Below are positions 9,977-20,079 of a stretch of DNA of 64,000 bases, piece after piece. The first letter of the stretch is position 1. The number at the start of each line of letters is the position of its first letter. The notes beneath the pieces were generated by a model. It had not been told where the DNA came from. It did no database searches and was given only the letters and a program-made list of their open reading frames with translations. Where the stretch lies: positions 3,944 through 67,943 of the forward strand of contig JBBRTD010000003.1 in the NCBI GenBank assembly GCA_038244685.1, in the 5' to 3' direction. The position numbers and the translations under genes were made by a program. The DNA comes from Minisyncoccia bacterium. Its GTDB lineage: Bacteria > Patescibacteriota > Minisyncoccia > Phycocordibacterales > UBA9973.

Positions 9977-10588
9977 TGATCTATTTCTTAATGCATTTTT
10001 AATCGTTTCTGAATCAGAGTATTCAAGTTCTGTGCCAGTCGAGAGCCCTCGTCCGAGGGATACAATATTAAAATTATAGCTACTTTTAAGTGGAGATAAA
10101 ATTTCTCTTAAATACATATCTGTATGTTCACCTTGAGGATTAAGAGATAAAGCAATTATGACTTCTTTGAGACCGCTTTGTTTTGATTGATTTTCTATAT
10201 TACGGGTCAATTCTTTAATTCTTACATAGTTTGGAGTATCTTTGTTTACAATAGGGACTAATCCACCTAATATAAAATACATACCGTTGTAGTTCTTACT
10301 TCTTTTTATATTTTCATAATCAGCATCTTTTTCAACAATAAGAAGGGAAGTTCTATCTGTTTTTTGATTACTGCAAACATCACAAAGTTGATCTTGTTTT
10401 GATTGAAAGAAAAGGAAACAAGAAGGGCATTGGTGAATTGTATTTTTTAAATCTAAAATTTTATTTCCAAGTTCTAAAACAAAACTTGGGTTTTTATGCA
10501 ACAGAAAATAGACAAATCGCTTGGCTTGTCTTTCTCCTATTCCAGGGAATTCTTTAAAATGTTCTGTTAATTTATCTATGGGGTTCAT
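9974..10588 (-). CDS. recR: Recombination protein RecR
   Basis: HhH FPGIGERQAKR. C4 zinc finger CPSCFLF...CDVCS. Toprim domain. Confidence 0.85.
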   Translation of the reverse strand: MNPIDKLTEHFKEFPGIGERQAKRFVYFLLHKNPSFVLELGNKILDLKNTIHQCPSCFLFFQSKQDQLCDVCSNQKTDRTSLLIVEKDADYENIKRSKNYNGMYFILGGLVPIVNKDTPNYVRIKELTRNIENQSKQSGLKEVIIALSLNPQGEHTDMYLREILSPLKSSYNFNIVSLGRGLSTGTELEYSDSETIKNALRNRS

Positions 10589-10606
10589 ATTTGTAATATT
10601 TCAGAT

Positions 10607-12034
10607 TTAAAATTGATCCATTGCGCTATTACTTCCGCTCGATGGAGAGAACTGACTACTTCCTGATTTATCTATAGACATAAAGGTTGTTGTTTTCTCG
10701 TCAAAGTATAAGTCAACTTTTCCGACAGGACCATTACGGTGTTTTTCTATTAAAATTTCAGCAATGTTTGTTTTTTCAGACTCGTCCTTACCTTTATCTT
10801 CTCGGTGAATAAACATAACGATGTCGGCATCCTGCTCAATAGAACCAGAGTCACGCAGGTCAGAGAGTCTTGGTCTACCACCGCGTGATTCAACAGCACG
10901 AGAGAGCTGTGAGAGGGCAATAACGGGTACATCAAACTCTTTGGCCAATGCCTTTAAAGATCTTGATATTTCAGTTACCTGGTTGACCATGTTGTCATAA
11001 TTTTTTGAAGTAGACATTAACTGCAAGTAGTCGACAATAATAAGTCCGATTCCGTGTTCGGCTCTGATTCGACGACAAACAGAACGCATTCGAACTATTG
11101 AGTTACCAGCTAAGTCATCAACAAAGATTGGAGCTTTAGATAAGCTATCAAGGGAATCACGAATCTTAGCAAAGTCACCTTCGGTTGATAAATTACCAGT
11201 ACGAAGATTCCAAGCATTAACTCGAGATTGTGCAGCAAGCATTCTGTCTACTAACTGCTGGGTACTCATTTCAAGTGAAAAGATAACTACAGGTGTGCCG
11301 TGATTTAATGCTGCTTGACGAGCGATATCGAGTGCTAGAGTTGTCTTACCCATAGAAGGACGAGCAGCAAGAATAATCAAATCAGACTTTTGAAGTCCAG
11401 ATAGGTATTGATCAAGGTCATGGAAGCCAGTTGGAACCCCACGAAGCTCACCTTTACTTTCATGAAGTCTTTCTAATCTTTCCCATGCTTCAGGTAAACT
11501 ATCTTTTAAAGAAGTAAAAGCATGTGCTCCACCATTATTATTTATTCCCATCATTCTTTTTTCAGCTTGATCAAGAATTTCAAAGACATCTTCAACTTCT
11601 TCCTTAAATCCAAGTTCTGAAATATCAGCCCCAGCTTCTATAATTTTTCTTAAGAGATGTTTTTTATTAACTATATCTGCATAATATTTAATATTTGTTG
11701 AAGCTGGAACTGAATTACTTAATTCTGTTAAATAGCTATTACCACCAACAGAATCAATCATTCCTTTTTCTGTTAATTTATGAGAAACAGAAAGAAGGTC
11801 AATAGGATCTCCTTTGCTTGAGAGTTCTAGCATTATTTTGTATATATTTGCATGTTTTGCTACATAGAATGAGTCAACGTTTACAATATCATTAATTTCA
11901 TGGATTGCAGATGGCCTAAGCATTATTGAACCTAAGACTGCTTTTTCAGAATCTATATTCTGAGGTGGGATACGAAAGTTTGTTTTTTTGTCGGTCATAG
12001 GAGTCATTGTATCAAGTTGTTGCCTTTGAAACAA
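10607..12034 (-). CDS. dnaB: Replicative DNA helicase DnaB
   Basis: N-terminal DnaB domain (PPQNIDSEKAVLGSIM). Walker A GKTT. RecA-like C-domain LIIVDYLQLM. Confidence 0.9.
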   Translation of the reverse strand: MFQRQQLDTMTPMTDKKTNFRIPPQNIDSEKAVLGSIMLRPSAIHEINDIVNVDSFYVAKHANIYKIMLELSSKGDPIDLLSVSHKLTEKGMIDSVGGNSYLTELSNSVPASTNIKYYADIVNKKHLLRKIIEAGADISELGFKEEVEDVFEILDQAEKRMMGINNNGGAHAFTSLKDSLPEAWERLERLHESKGELRGVPTGFHDLDQYLSGLQKSDLIILAARPSMGKTTLALDIARQAALNHGTPVVIFSLEMSTQQLVDRMLAAQSRVNAWNLRTGNLSTEGDFAKIRDSLDSLSKAPIFVDDLAGNSIVRMRSVCRRIRAEHGIGLIIVDYLQLMSTSKNYDNMVNQVTEISRSLKALAKEFDVPVIALSQLSRAVESRGGRPRLSDLRDSGSIEQDADIVMFIHREDKGKDESEKTNIAEILIEKHRNGPVGKVDLYFDEKTTTFMSIDKSGSSQFSPSSGSNSAMDQF

Positions 12035-12104
12035 ATAAATATATCTGATAAACCGGGGGATAAAATGTGCAAAACTTTCATTATTTTGATATTATATAAA
12101 GTAT

Positions 12105-13076
12105 ATGAAAAAAAGATTATTATCAGGAATTCAACCTTCGGGAATCATACATATAGGTAACTATTTTGGAGCTATAAAACAGTTTGTTGACCTTCAGAAT
12201 GAATACGACTCTTTTGTCTTTATAGCTGACCTTCACGCTATTACAACCATCCAAAATAAGGATATATTATCTTTAAATACATTAAACGTCGCTATGGATT
12301 ATTTAGCTTGCGGCTTAGACCCTGAGAAAATATGCTTATTTAAGCAGTCCGATATTCCAGAAGTTGCTGAACTTGCTTGGTATTTTAATTGTATTACAAC
12401 AATGCCATATTTAGAGAGAGCAACAGCCTATAAAGATGCAAATATGAAAGCCAAAGAAGTAAATGTAGGACTTTTTGATTACCCAATTCTAATGGCCGCA
12501 GATATTTTGATACAAGATGCTGATGTTGTTCCAGTTGGCGCAGACCAAAAGCAACACGTAGAATACGCCAGAGATATAGCTCAAAAATTTAATAATACAT
12601 TTGGAGAGACATTTAAATTACCAGAACCAATTATTCTAAAAGAAGTTTCGATTGTGCCTGGTATTGACGGAAGAAAAATGAGCAAGAGTTATGGTAATAC
12701 CATTCCATTGTTTGGATCAGATGAACAAATTAAAAAAGCAGTCATGGGTATAGTCACTGATTCAAAAAGCCCAGAAGAATCTAAAGACCCTGAAAAATGT
12801 AATATTTTTGCCATACATAAATTATTCTTAAAAGGAGAAGACCTAGAAAATCTTAAAAATAGATATACGAAAGGAGGTTTAGGATATAAAGAATCAAAAG
12901 ATATGCTTTTGAGTGAAATTATATCTTTTATTAAACCAATGAGAGAAAAGAGGGATTTTTATGAAAAAAATATAGATATTGTTAAGGGGATTCTTAGGGA
13001 AGGATCTCTTAAGGCAAAAAATAACATACAAGAAAAAATGAAAATTATTAGAATTAATGTTGGCGTAAATTTATGA
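12105..13076 (+). CDS. trpS: Tryptophanyl-tRNA synthetase
   Basis: SGIQPSGIIHIGNY and KMSKSYGN motifs. 323 aa. Confidence 0.9.
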   Translation: MKKRLLSGIQPSGIIHIGNYFGAIKQFVDLQNEYDSFVFIADLHAITTIQNKDILSLNTLNVAMDYLACGLDPEKICLFKQSDIPEVAELAWYFNCITTMPYLERATAYKDANMKAKEVNVGLFDYPILMAADILIQDADVVPVGADQKQHVEYARDIAQKFNNTFGETFKLPEPIILKEVSIVPGIDGRKMSKSYGNTIPLFGSDEQIKKAVMGIVTDSKSPEESKDPEKCNIFAIHKLFLKGEDLENLKNRYTKGGLGYKESKDMLLSEIISFIKPMREKRDFYEKNIDIVKGILREGSLKAKNNIQEKMKIIRINVGVNL

Positions 13077-13294
13077 AATACATACATATATTATTTACAG
13101 TAGTTTTTGGAATTATTTATTGGCCTATTAATGTAATTCATACAAAAGTACAGGCTTGGTATTTTAAGTTAAAGAAAAAGGATGAAGTTATGTATTACTT
13201 ATTCACCCCTTTCTATTGGATATTAGTCGCTATTACTTTCGCCATCTCTGTTCCTTATGAATTTATAATTGCTCAAACGAGTAAACTGCATTAA
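13073..13294 (+). CDS. Small 2-TM membrane protein, hypothetical
   Basis: ATGA overlap with the trpS stop suggests translational coupling. Two hydrophobic helices. Confidence 0.3.
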   Translation: MKYIHILFTVVFGIIYWPINVIHTKVQAWYFKLKKKDEVMYYLFTPFYWILVAITFAISVPYEFIIAQTSKLH

Positions 13295-13322
13295 AAATTA
13301 TTAGTTATATTTATTAAATATT

Positions 13323-14669
13323 ATGCAACGTACATACATTAAAGATTTAAAAGATTTTATTGGTTCTACAGTTAGTATTTCTGGATGGGTAGACGTCCGT
13401 CGTGATCAAGGTAAAATGATCTTTTTGGATTTTCGTGATATGACAGGCAAGGTACAAGGGGTTATTCTACCTAATTACATAGATGCCTTGGAAATTGGTA
13501 AAACATTACGCAATGAATTTGTCGTTAAGGTGATTGGCCAAGTAAATAAAAGACCAGAAAGAAATATAAAAGAGGGAATTTTAAACGGAGGGCTTGAACT
13601 AGAAATAAAAGAAATTGAAATTTTAGCCGAAGCAGCTCCATTGCCTTTTGATATATCTCTTACTGGTTATAATTTAGAATTAACTACAGAGCTAGATAAT
13701 AGAGCTTTAGTGTTAAGACAACCTAAAATTCAATCTATTTTTAAAATTGAAGAGACTGTTATAGATTCTTTCAGAGAGTTTATGAAGCAAAATATGTTTT
13801 TTGAATTTCAGGCTCCATCTATGGTGCCAGCAACTGCAGAAGGTGGTGCTGAGGTTTTCCAAATTGATTACTTTGGAAAGAAAGCCTATTTATCTCAATC
13901 ACCACAGCTATACAAACAAATTGTGATGTCAGCTTTTGAGAGATGCTTCTCTGTAAATAAAGTTTTCCGTGCTGAGCCATCTTCAACAACAAGGCATCTA
14001 ACAGAAATAGTTTCACTTGATGCGGAAATGGCCTTTATTGATTCATGGACAGATGTTCGTGATATGGCAGAAAATACTGTTAAATATATTTTAAGGCAAG
14101 TTGAAATAAGAAATTCTGAACATATAAAGCTATTAAATGTAGAACTTCCAGTAATGATAGATAAAACGCCAACACTTTCACTAAGAGAGGTCCAGCAAAA
14201 AATTTTTGAGGCATACGGACGCGATGTTCGCGGAGAAAAAGATACAAATGCTCAAGACGAAAGAGAAATTTGCGAAATAATTAAAAAAGAAACTGGTTCT
14301 GATTTTGTATTTATTTACGGATATCCAACAAGAAAAAAGCCTTTCTATGTTTACCCCAACCCAGACGAGCCAGAATATAATGAAGGTATGGATCTTATTT
14401 GTCGTGGTGTAGAATGGCTTTCGGGTGGGCGCAGAGTAAATGATTATGCTCAATTAACAGAGCATGTAAAACTTTGGAATATGGATGAAACTAAAGTTAA
14501 AATGTTTTTAGAAGCATTTAAATATGGAGTACCACCAGAAGGAGGATTTGCTTTTGGAGCAGAGCGTATAACAATGCAATTGTTGGGATTAAAAAATGTA
14601 CGTGAAGCCTGCATGTTTCCAAGAGATATGAATAGAATAGACGAGAAACTTAGTGAAGATGGATATTAA
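13323..14669 (+). CDS. aspS: Aspartyl-tRNA synthetase, archaeal/type-2 (likely non-discriminating; AsnRS not excluded)
   Basis: OB anticodon-binding domain. FRAEPSSTTRHLTE motif 2. C-terminal GGFAFGAERITMQLLGLKNVREACMFPRDMNR resembles type-2 AspRS FPRD tail. Confidence 0.7.
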   Translation: MQRTYIKDLKDFIGSTVSISGWVDVRRDQGKMIFLDFRDMTGKVQGVILPNYIDALEIGKTLRNEFVVKVIGQVNKRPERNIKEGILNGGLELEIKEIEILAEAAPLPFDISLTGYNLELTTELDNRALVLRQPKIQSIFKIEETVIDSFREFMKQNMFFEFQAPSMVPATAEGGAEVFQIDYFGKKAYLSQSPQLYKQIVMSAFERCFSVNKVFRAEPSSTTRHLTEIVSLDAEMAFIDSWTDVRDMAENTVKYILRQVEIRNSEHIKLLNVELPVMIDKTPTLSLREVQQKIFEAYGRDVRGEKDTNAQDEREICEIIKKETGSDFVFIYGYPTRKKPFYVYPNPDEPEYNEGMDLICRGVEWLSGGRRVNDYAQLTEHVKLWNMDETKVKMFLEAFKYGVPPEGGFAFGAERITMQLLGLKNVREACMFPRDMNRIDEKLSEDGY

Positions 14670-14735
14670 TTAAAGTAATTTAATTAATGATTAGCTTTAA
14701 TAAGTATATTTATACTTATTCCTTTATAAAATCAT

Positions 14736-15521
14736 ATGTCAGATATTATTTCACAATACAAAGTAAAACAAGGGACTTTTGAAGGTCCACTAGATATACT
14801 TCTTTCTTTAATAGAATCAAGGAAGCTTTTTGTGAATGAAATATCACTCGCAGAAGTTACAAATGATTATATTAATTACATAAAGACATTATCTGAGACT
14901 GATAAGAACATTAATGATGTATCCTACTTTGTTTTGATTGCTGCTACTTTAATTTTAATTAAATCTAAATCACTATTACCGAATTTATCCTTAACTGAAG
15001 ACGAAACAGAAAAAATAGTCGACCTTGAAGCAAGGCTTAAGCTATATCAAATAATTAAAAATGCCAGTGTTGAAATAAAAAATAATTTTGGGGTAAATAT
15101 TATATTTTCACCGTGTGACCGTATTTGGAGTGAACCACTTTTTTCTCCAGATTCAATTATAACAATTCCAAATATTGCCAAATGTATTGAGTCAGTTATG
15201 GCACAAGTTCCTACTAAGGTAGCAAAATTACCAGAAATTGAAATAAAAAAAATAATAAACATAGATGAAATTATAAATAATTTAACTGCTAGAATTCAAA
15301 ATGCTGTAAACTTATCTTTTAGAGAATTTTCTAAAAGTCACGGAGCAGAAAATGGCGAAGAAGCCAAGGTTCATGTTATTGTTTCATTTTTAGCTATGTT
15401 AGAATTAGTTAGAGAGGGATTAATAGATGTGATGCAAAGCGCCTCATTTGGCGACATTGAGATTAATAAACAATTAACAGCAGAGCTACAACCATTAGAG
15501 ATTGAAGCTCCTCATAAATAA
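14736..15521 (+). CDS. scpA: Segregation and condensation protein A
   Basis: GPLDILLSLIESRKL N-terminal signature. Adjacent to scpB. Confidence 0.8.
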   Translation: MSDIISQYKVKQGTFEGPLDILLSLIESRKLFVNEISLAEVTNDYINYIKTLSETDKNINDVSYFVLIAATLILIKSKSLLPNLSLTEDETEKIVDLEARLKLYQIIKNASVEIKNNFGVNIIFSPCDRIWSEPLFSPDSIITIPNIAKCIESVMAQVPTKVAKLPEIEIKKIINIDEIINNLTARIQNAVNLSFREFSKSHGAENGEEAKVHVIVSFLAMLELVREGLIDVMQSASFGDIEINKQLTAELQPLEIEAPHK

Positions 15522-15525
15522 AATT

Positions 15526-16071
15526 ATGGCAATAGAATTAGAATCAAAAATAGAAGGTTTACTTTTTTACAAAGGAGAAGATGTGTCAATTAGTAAACTA
15601 GTTGAAATTTTTCATGTGACAGAAGAAAGCATCAGAGATGCATTAAATAAGCTTGATCGCTCTCTTTTAGGGCGTGGTCTTGTTCTTGTCAGGAAAGACG
15701 ACCAAGTAGTTCTTGGAATAACTGGTGAATTATCGTCTCTTATTGAATCAATAAGGAAAGAAGAAATAGCCAAAGAGCTATCAAAAGCTGCGCTGGAGAC
15801 TCTTTCTATTGTTTTGTATAAAAATGGAATTTCAAGAAGTGAGATTGATTATATTCGTGGTGTTAACTCAAGTTTTATTTTAAGAAATTTATTAGTTAGA
15901 GGTCTTGTTGAAAAAACAATAGATAGTTCTGACAGTAGAAGAATTTTATATCGCCCTACTTTTGATACATTATCGTTTATGGGAATAACTTCTATCAATG
16001 AATTACCAAATTACGATCAAGTTGTCGCTTCTTTGTCTGGAACTCTTAATCAAAAAGAAAATAATGACTAA
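15526..16071 (+). CDS. scpB: Segregation and condensation protein B
   Basis: Tandem winged-helix IEGLLFYKGEDVSISKL. First ATG after scpA stop is at 15526; track ORF begins at an internal TTG 15502. Confidence 0.8.
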   Translation: MAIELESKIEGLLFYKGEDVSISKLVEIFHVTEESIRDALNKLDRSLLGRGLVLVRKDDQVVLGITGELSSLIESIRKEEIAKELSKAALETLSIVLYKNGISRSEIDYIRGVNSSFILRNLLVRGLVEKTIDSSDSRRILYRPTFDTLSFMGITSINELPNYDQVVASLSGTLNQKENND

Positions 16072-17122
16072 TGCAATAAAAATTTTTTTACCATCAGTCA
16101 TAAGTTTCATTGTGGGTATACTTATTACTCCAATAGCTACTCATTATTTTTATAAATATAAAATGTGGCGAAGAGTTTCTCGTAATGATAATCTTCCAGA
16201 AAAAGAAGTAACAGCTTTTTCGAAAATTCATGATTGTGACGCTGAGGTTTCGACACCTCGTACTGGAGGTATGATTATTTGGGTTTCAGTAATTTTAACC
16301 TTAGCAATCGTGGGTCTAATTGATTATCTTTTTGTTAATAATGTTTCAGATAAAATGTATTTTATTAGTCGCAGTCAAACACTCCTTCCTTTTTTTACTT
16401 TAATTATGGCTTCACTCATAGGGCTTGGAGACGATTTCTTGCAAATATTTGGTAAGGGGAAGTGGGCAACCGATCCTATAGTTTTAAGATATATTAAAGT
16501 TGGCATTATATTACTCTTAGGTCTTATTATTAGTTTGTGGTTTTATTACAAATTAGGAGTTTCAGAATTATATATACCATGGTATGGCTTTATAAATTTG
16601 GGCTACTTTTTTATACCATTTTTTATTTTTATAATGCTTTCCATGTGGTCAACTAGTGTTATTGATGGGGTAGATGGTTTGTCTGGTGGAGTGCTAGCCT
16701 CTATTTTCACTGCCTATACTCTTATTGCTTTCTTTAATTCTCAAATTGATATTGCGACTTTCTGTGCTGTTATTACCGGTGGTATTCTAGCCTTTCTGTG
16801 GTTTAATATTCCTCCTGCTCGATTTTATATGGGAGAGACGGGAATGATTGGGCTTACTGTAACTCTTTCTGTAATCGCATTTTTAACAGATACGGTTTTA
16901 CTTTTGCCTATTATTGCTTTTCCACTTTTCATAACATCTCTTTCTGATGTAATACAAATTGGTTCACGAAAATTTAGAAATGGCAAGAAGGTTTTTCTCT
17001 TTGCCCCACTTCATCATCATTTTGAAGCTCTTGGTTGGCCAAAATACAAAGTGACTATGCGTTATTGGATTGTCAGTATCATAACTGCAATTTTAGGTGT
17101 TATTGTTTCATTAATTAGTTAA
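16064..17122 (+). CDS. mraY: Phospho-N-acetylmuramoyl-pentapeptide transferase
   Basis: Polytopic. Conserved LFAPLHHHFEALGW C-terminal motif. ATG at 16064 overlaps scpB stop; track ORF starts earlier at 15998. Confidence 0.85.
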   Translation: MTNAIKIFLPSVISFIVGILITPIATHYFYKYKMWRRVSRNDNLPEKEVTAFSKIHDCDAEVSTPRTGGMIIWVSVILTLAIVGLIDYLFVNNVSDKMYFISRSQTLLPFFTLIMASLIGLGDDFLQIFGKGKWATDPIVLRYIKVGIILLLGLIISLWFYYKLGVSELYIPWYGFINLGYFFIPFFIFIMLSMWSTSVIDGVDGLSGGVLASIFTAYTLIAFFNSQIDIATFCAVITGGILAFLWFNIPPARFYMGETGMIGLTVTLSVIAFLTDTVLLLPIIAFPLFITSLSDVIQIGSRKFRNGKKVFLFAPLHHHFEALGWPKYKVTMRYWIVSIITAILGVIVSLIS

Positions 17123-17127
17123 TATAA

Positions 17128-18228
17128 ATGAATAATAAAATAGATAGAATATTTTTTGGAATAGTGCTTTCTCTTGTCATTATAGGAATAATAATGTTTA
17201 TTTCTGCCTCACTAGGAATTTTAAATAAAAATGAATCAAAATTCTATGCAGTAATTTTCAATCAATTGATTTATGGCTTGTTTGGAGGACTAATAGCTCT
17301 TTATTTTGGATTGCGTATACCTTACAAGTTTTGGAGACAATATTCTATACCTATATTTATCGCTTCAATTATTTTAACTATGCTTGTTTTTGTTCCTGGT
17401 TTAGGGTTTGCTCATGGTGGATCAAGCAGATGGGTTAACATTTTTGGTATATCTTTTCAACCTGTTGAATTTTTAAAAATTGGATTTATTATTTACTTTG
17501 CGACATGGCTGTCTTGGGTAAAAGGTAGAGTAAAGGATATTCGATTCAGTTTACTTCCTCTTATCATTTTACTGGGCATAATTACCTTAATACTAATTAA
17601 TCAACCTGATACAAAAAGTTTAATATTAATTACCGCCACAGGACTAGTAATGTTATTTGTTTCTGGTACCCCCTGGAAGTATATTTTAGGGATGCTTGCT
17701 GTTAGTCTTATCGCTTTCATCATATTAGCTTTTACTACTCCATATTTAAAAAGTAGAATAAATACATTTTTAAATCCAGACAAAAACGGAAGTACCTCAT
17801 CATATCAAATACAACAATCCTTAATAGCTGTTGGCTCGGGTGGTATCATTGGTAGAGGTTTAGGTCAAAGCATACAAAAGTTTAATTATTTACCAGAGCC
17901 ACAAGGGGATTCAATCTTTGCTGTCGTAGGTGAAGAAATGGGATTCGTTGGTTCTGTATTACTTATATGTCTTTATGTTGCTTTTGCAATGAGAGGTTAT
18001 CGAATAGCTCATCTAGCACCTGATTCTTTCAGTAAACTTTTTGTCATTGGAGTTATAACGATAATAACAGCACAATCATTTATGAATATAGCCTCTATTA
18101 TCGGTGTCTTTCCTCTGACGGGAGTACCTCTTGTTTTTATGTCACATGGAGGAACTGCACTCCTCTTGGATATTGGTCTTATGGGTATAGTTTTAAATAT
18201 CTCAAAATTTCAAAAGAAAACTGCTTAA
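17128..18228 (+). CDS. ftsW: SEDS-family peptidoglycan glycosyltransferase FtsW/RodA
   Basis: 10-TM SEDS topology. Position between mraY and murG. Confidence 0.8.
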   Translation: MNNKIDRIFFGIVLSLVIIGIIMFISASLGILNKNESKFYAVIFNQLIYGLFGGLIALYFGLRIPYKFWRQYSIPIFIASIILTMLVFVPGLGFAHGGSSRWVNIFGISFQPVEFLKIGFIIYFATWLSWVKGRVKDIRFSLLPLIILLGIITLILINQPDTKSLILITATGLVMLFVSGTPWKYILGMLAVSLIAFIILAFTTPYLKSRINTFLNPDKNGSTSSYQIQQSLIAVGSGGIIGRGLGQSIQKFNYLPEPQGDSIFAVVGEEMGFVGSVLLICLYVAFAMRGYRIAHLAPDSFSKLFVIGVITIITAQSFMNIASIIGVFPLTGVPLVFMSHGGTALLLDIGLMGIVLNISKFQKKTA

Positions 18229-18382
18229 TCTAAATAAAATAAGCTTATATTTGTTATACTAATTAATATTAAATTAATATTTTTGTGATATAACACTTGT
18301 GAATATGTATACCTATTATTAACCTGCTTATCTTGTTTTTTTACAAAACAATACAAGATGCATAATATTGGAGGACCAAAAA

Positions 18383-18895
18383 ATGGAAGAAAAAGACATT
18401 TGTGTATGGAAGACTATCAAAATTGGAAATTATGATCATGTGAATCGTTTAATAGGTTCAATTTATGGAATTAAAAAAGTTAAGATTGAAAAGATTACAG
18501 AATTTGAAATTGAATCAGATCGTATACAAATCAATAAGACAGAAGAATATATTGATCTAGTATCGTTAAAAATTTCCGACTTAGGTTTTGATAATCTTAC
18601 GGATTACAAAAGTATTTGTAATAAAGCAAACGAATTGGGGTTAAACATCTGTCCTGCTGAGGTTGGATTTCAATTATTGTCTCAGTACAAAGACGATGAT
18701 TACTTTTTTTACAATAATCATCCATTAATTGCTATGGAGCCAAGAGGTAAATATGATTTAATTTTTCGTATAAAAACCGACGAAAAGAAGAAGGAGGTAC
18801 TTTTAACTACGAAATCGGCAAAACCATATTATTTATATCCCAATTGGTCCATGATATTTTGTCTTAGAAAAAATAATACAACAGCCTATACATAA
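18383..18895 (+). CDS. Hypothetical protein inserted in dcw cluster
   Basis: GGAGG SD 7 nt upstream of ATG 18383. No recognisable motif. 170 aa. Confidence 0.4.
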   Translation: MEEKDICVWKTIKIGNYDHVNRLIGSIYGIKKVKIEKITEFEIESDRIQINKTEEYIDLVSLKISDLGFDNLTDYKSICNKANELGLNICPAEVGFQLLSQYKDDDYFFYNNHPLIAMEPRGKYDLIFRIKTDEKKKEVLLTTKSAKPYYLYPNWSMIFCLRKNNTTAYT

Positions 18896-18951
18896 TTAGG
18901 CTGTTTATTATTACTAGAAAAATATAGTCAAATAATATATAATCTACATAT

Positions 18952-20079
18952 ATGAAAATATTACTTACAGGAGGAGGAACTGGTGGTCATTTTTATCCAT
19001 TGATAGCTATTGCTGAGAAGCTTGTTGAGATTTCAGATAAACAGAAAATCATAGATTTGAAATTATATTATATGTCTGATAGTCCATATGACAAGCGTAT
19101 GCTTTTTGAGAGTAGTATAACTTATGTTCAAATTCCTGCTGGTAAAATGCGTTTGTATTTCTCTTTCAGAAACTTTTTTGATTTATTTTCAACAGCGACT
19201 GGAATGTTTTTTGGTTTGATTAGTATGTTTTTTATATATCCAGATGTTATTATATCCAAAGGTGGCTATGCTGCTTTTCCTGCTGTATTTGCTGCTAGGA
19301 TATTACGCATACCTGTAATTGTACATGAATCAGATTCTTTTCCTGGCAAATTAAATGTTTGGACTGCAAAATTTGCAGAGAAGGTTGCCATTTCTTGGCC
19401 TGAAGCTATTGAACATTTACCCAAAGAAAAGACAGCACTTACAGGACAGCCAATAAGAAAAAATATACTACATGGAGATAGCATTGGGGCTCGTGAATAT
19501 TTTAAATTAAATTCAGATTTACCGGTTATTCTAGTTTTAGGTGGATCACAAGGAGCAGAAATAATTAATAATATTATCATTGATGTACTTCCAGATTTAT
19601 TATCAAAATATCAAATAGTACATCAAACAGGAGTAAACAATATCGATGATGTAGTAGGTAGGTCTAAGCTTGTCATGGAAAAAAATGATAATATCACAAG
19701 ATATGTTCCTCTTCCTTATTTAAATAATCTAACAACAAGAATGGCAGCGGGTGTTGCTACTATTGTAGTATCAAGAGCAGGTTCTGCTATTTTTGAAATC
19801 GCATCCTGGGGTATTCCATCGATTATAATACCTATAACAAATTCAAATGGTGATCACCAGAGAAAGAACGCTTACAACTATGCTCGTACAGGCGCTTGTG
19901 AGGTTATAGACGAAGCCAACCTAACTCCTCATCTTCTTATTTCAGAAATTGACAAATTAATGACGAATAAGGAAAAACTAGCAACAATGAAAGAAAGCGC
20001 TCTTGGGTTCGCAATGCCTCTCGCTGCAGAAAAAATAGCAGAAGAAGCAATTAAAATAGCCCTTTCTCATGAAAAATAA
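18952..20079 (+). CDS. murG: UDP-GlcNAc:lipid I N-acetylglucosaminyltransferase MurG
   Basis: N-terminal LLTGGGTGGHFYP glycosyltransferase 28 motif. Confidence 0.9.
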   Translation: MKILLTGGGTGGHFYPLIAIAEKLVEISDKQKIIDLKLYYMSDSPYDKRMLFESSITYVQIPAGKMRLYFSFRNFFDLFSTATGMFFGLISMFFIYPDVIISKGGYAAFPAVFAARILRIPVIVHESDSFPGKLNVWTAKFAEKVAISWPEAIEHLPKEKTALTGQPIRKNILHGDSIGAREYFKLNSDLPVILVLGGSQGAEIINNIIIDVLPDLLSKYQIVHQTGVNNIDDVVGRSKLVMEKNDNITRYVPLPYLNNLTTRMAAGVATIVVSRAGSAIFEIASWGIPSIIIPITNSNGDHQRKNAYNYARTGACEVIDEANLTPHLLISEIDKLMTNKEKLATMKESALGFAMPLAAEKIAEEAIKIALSHEK

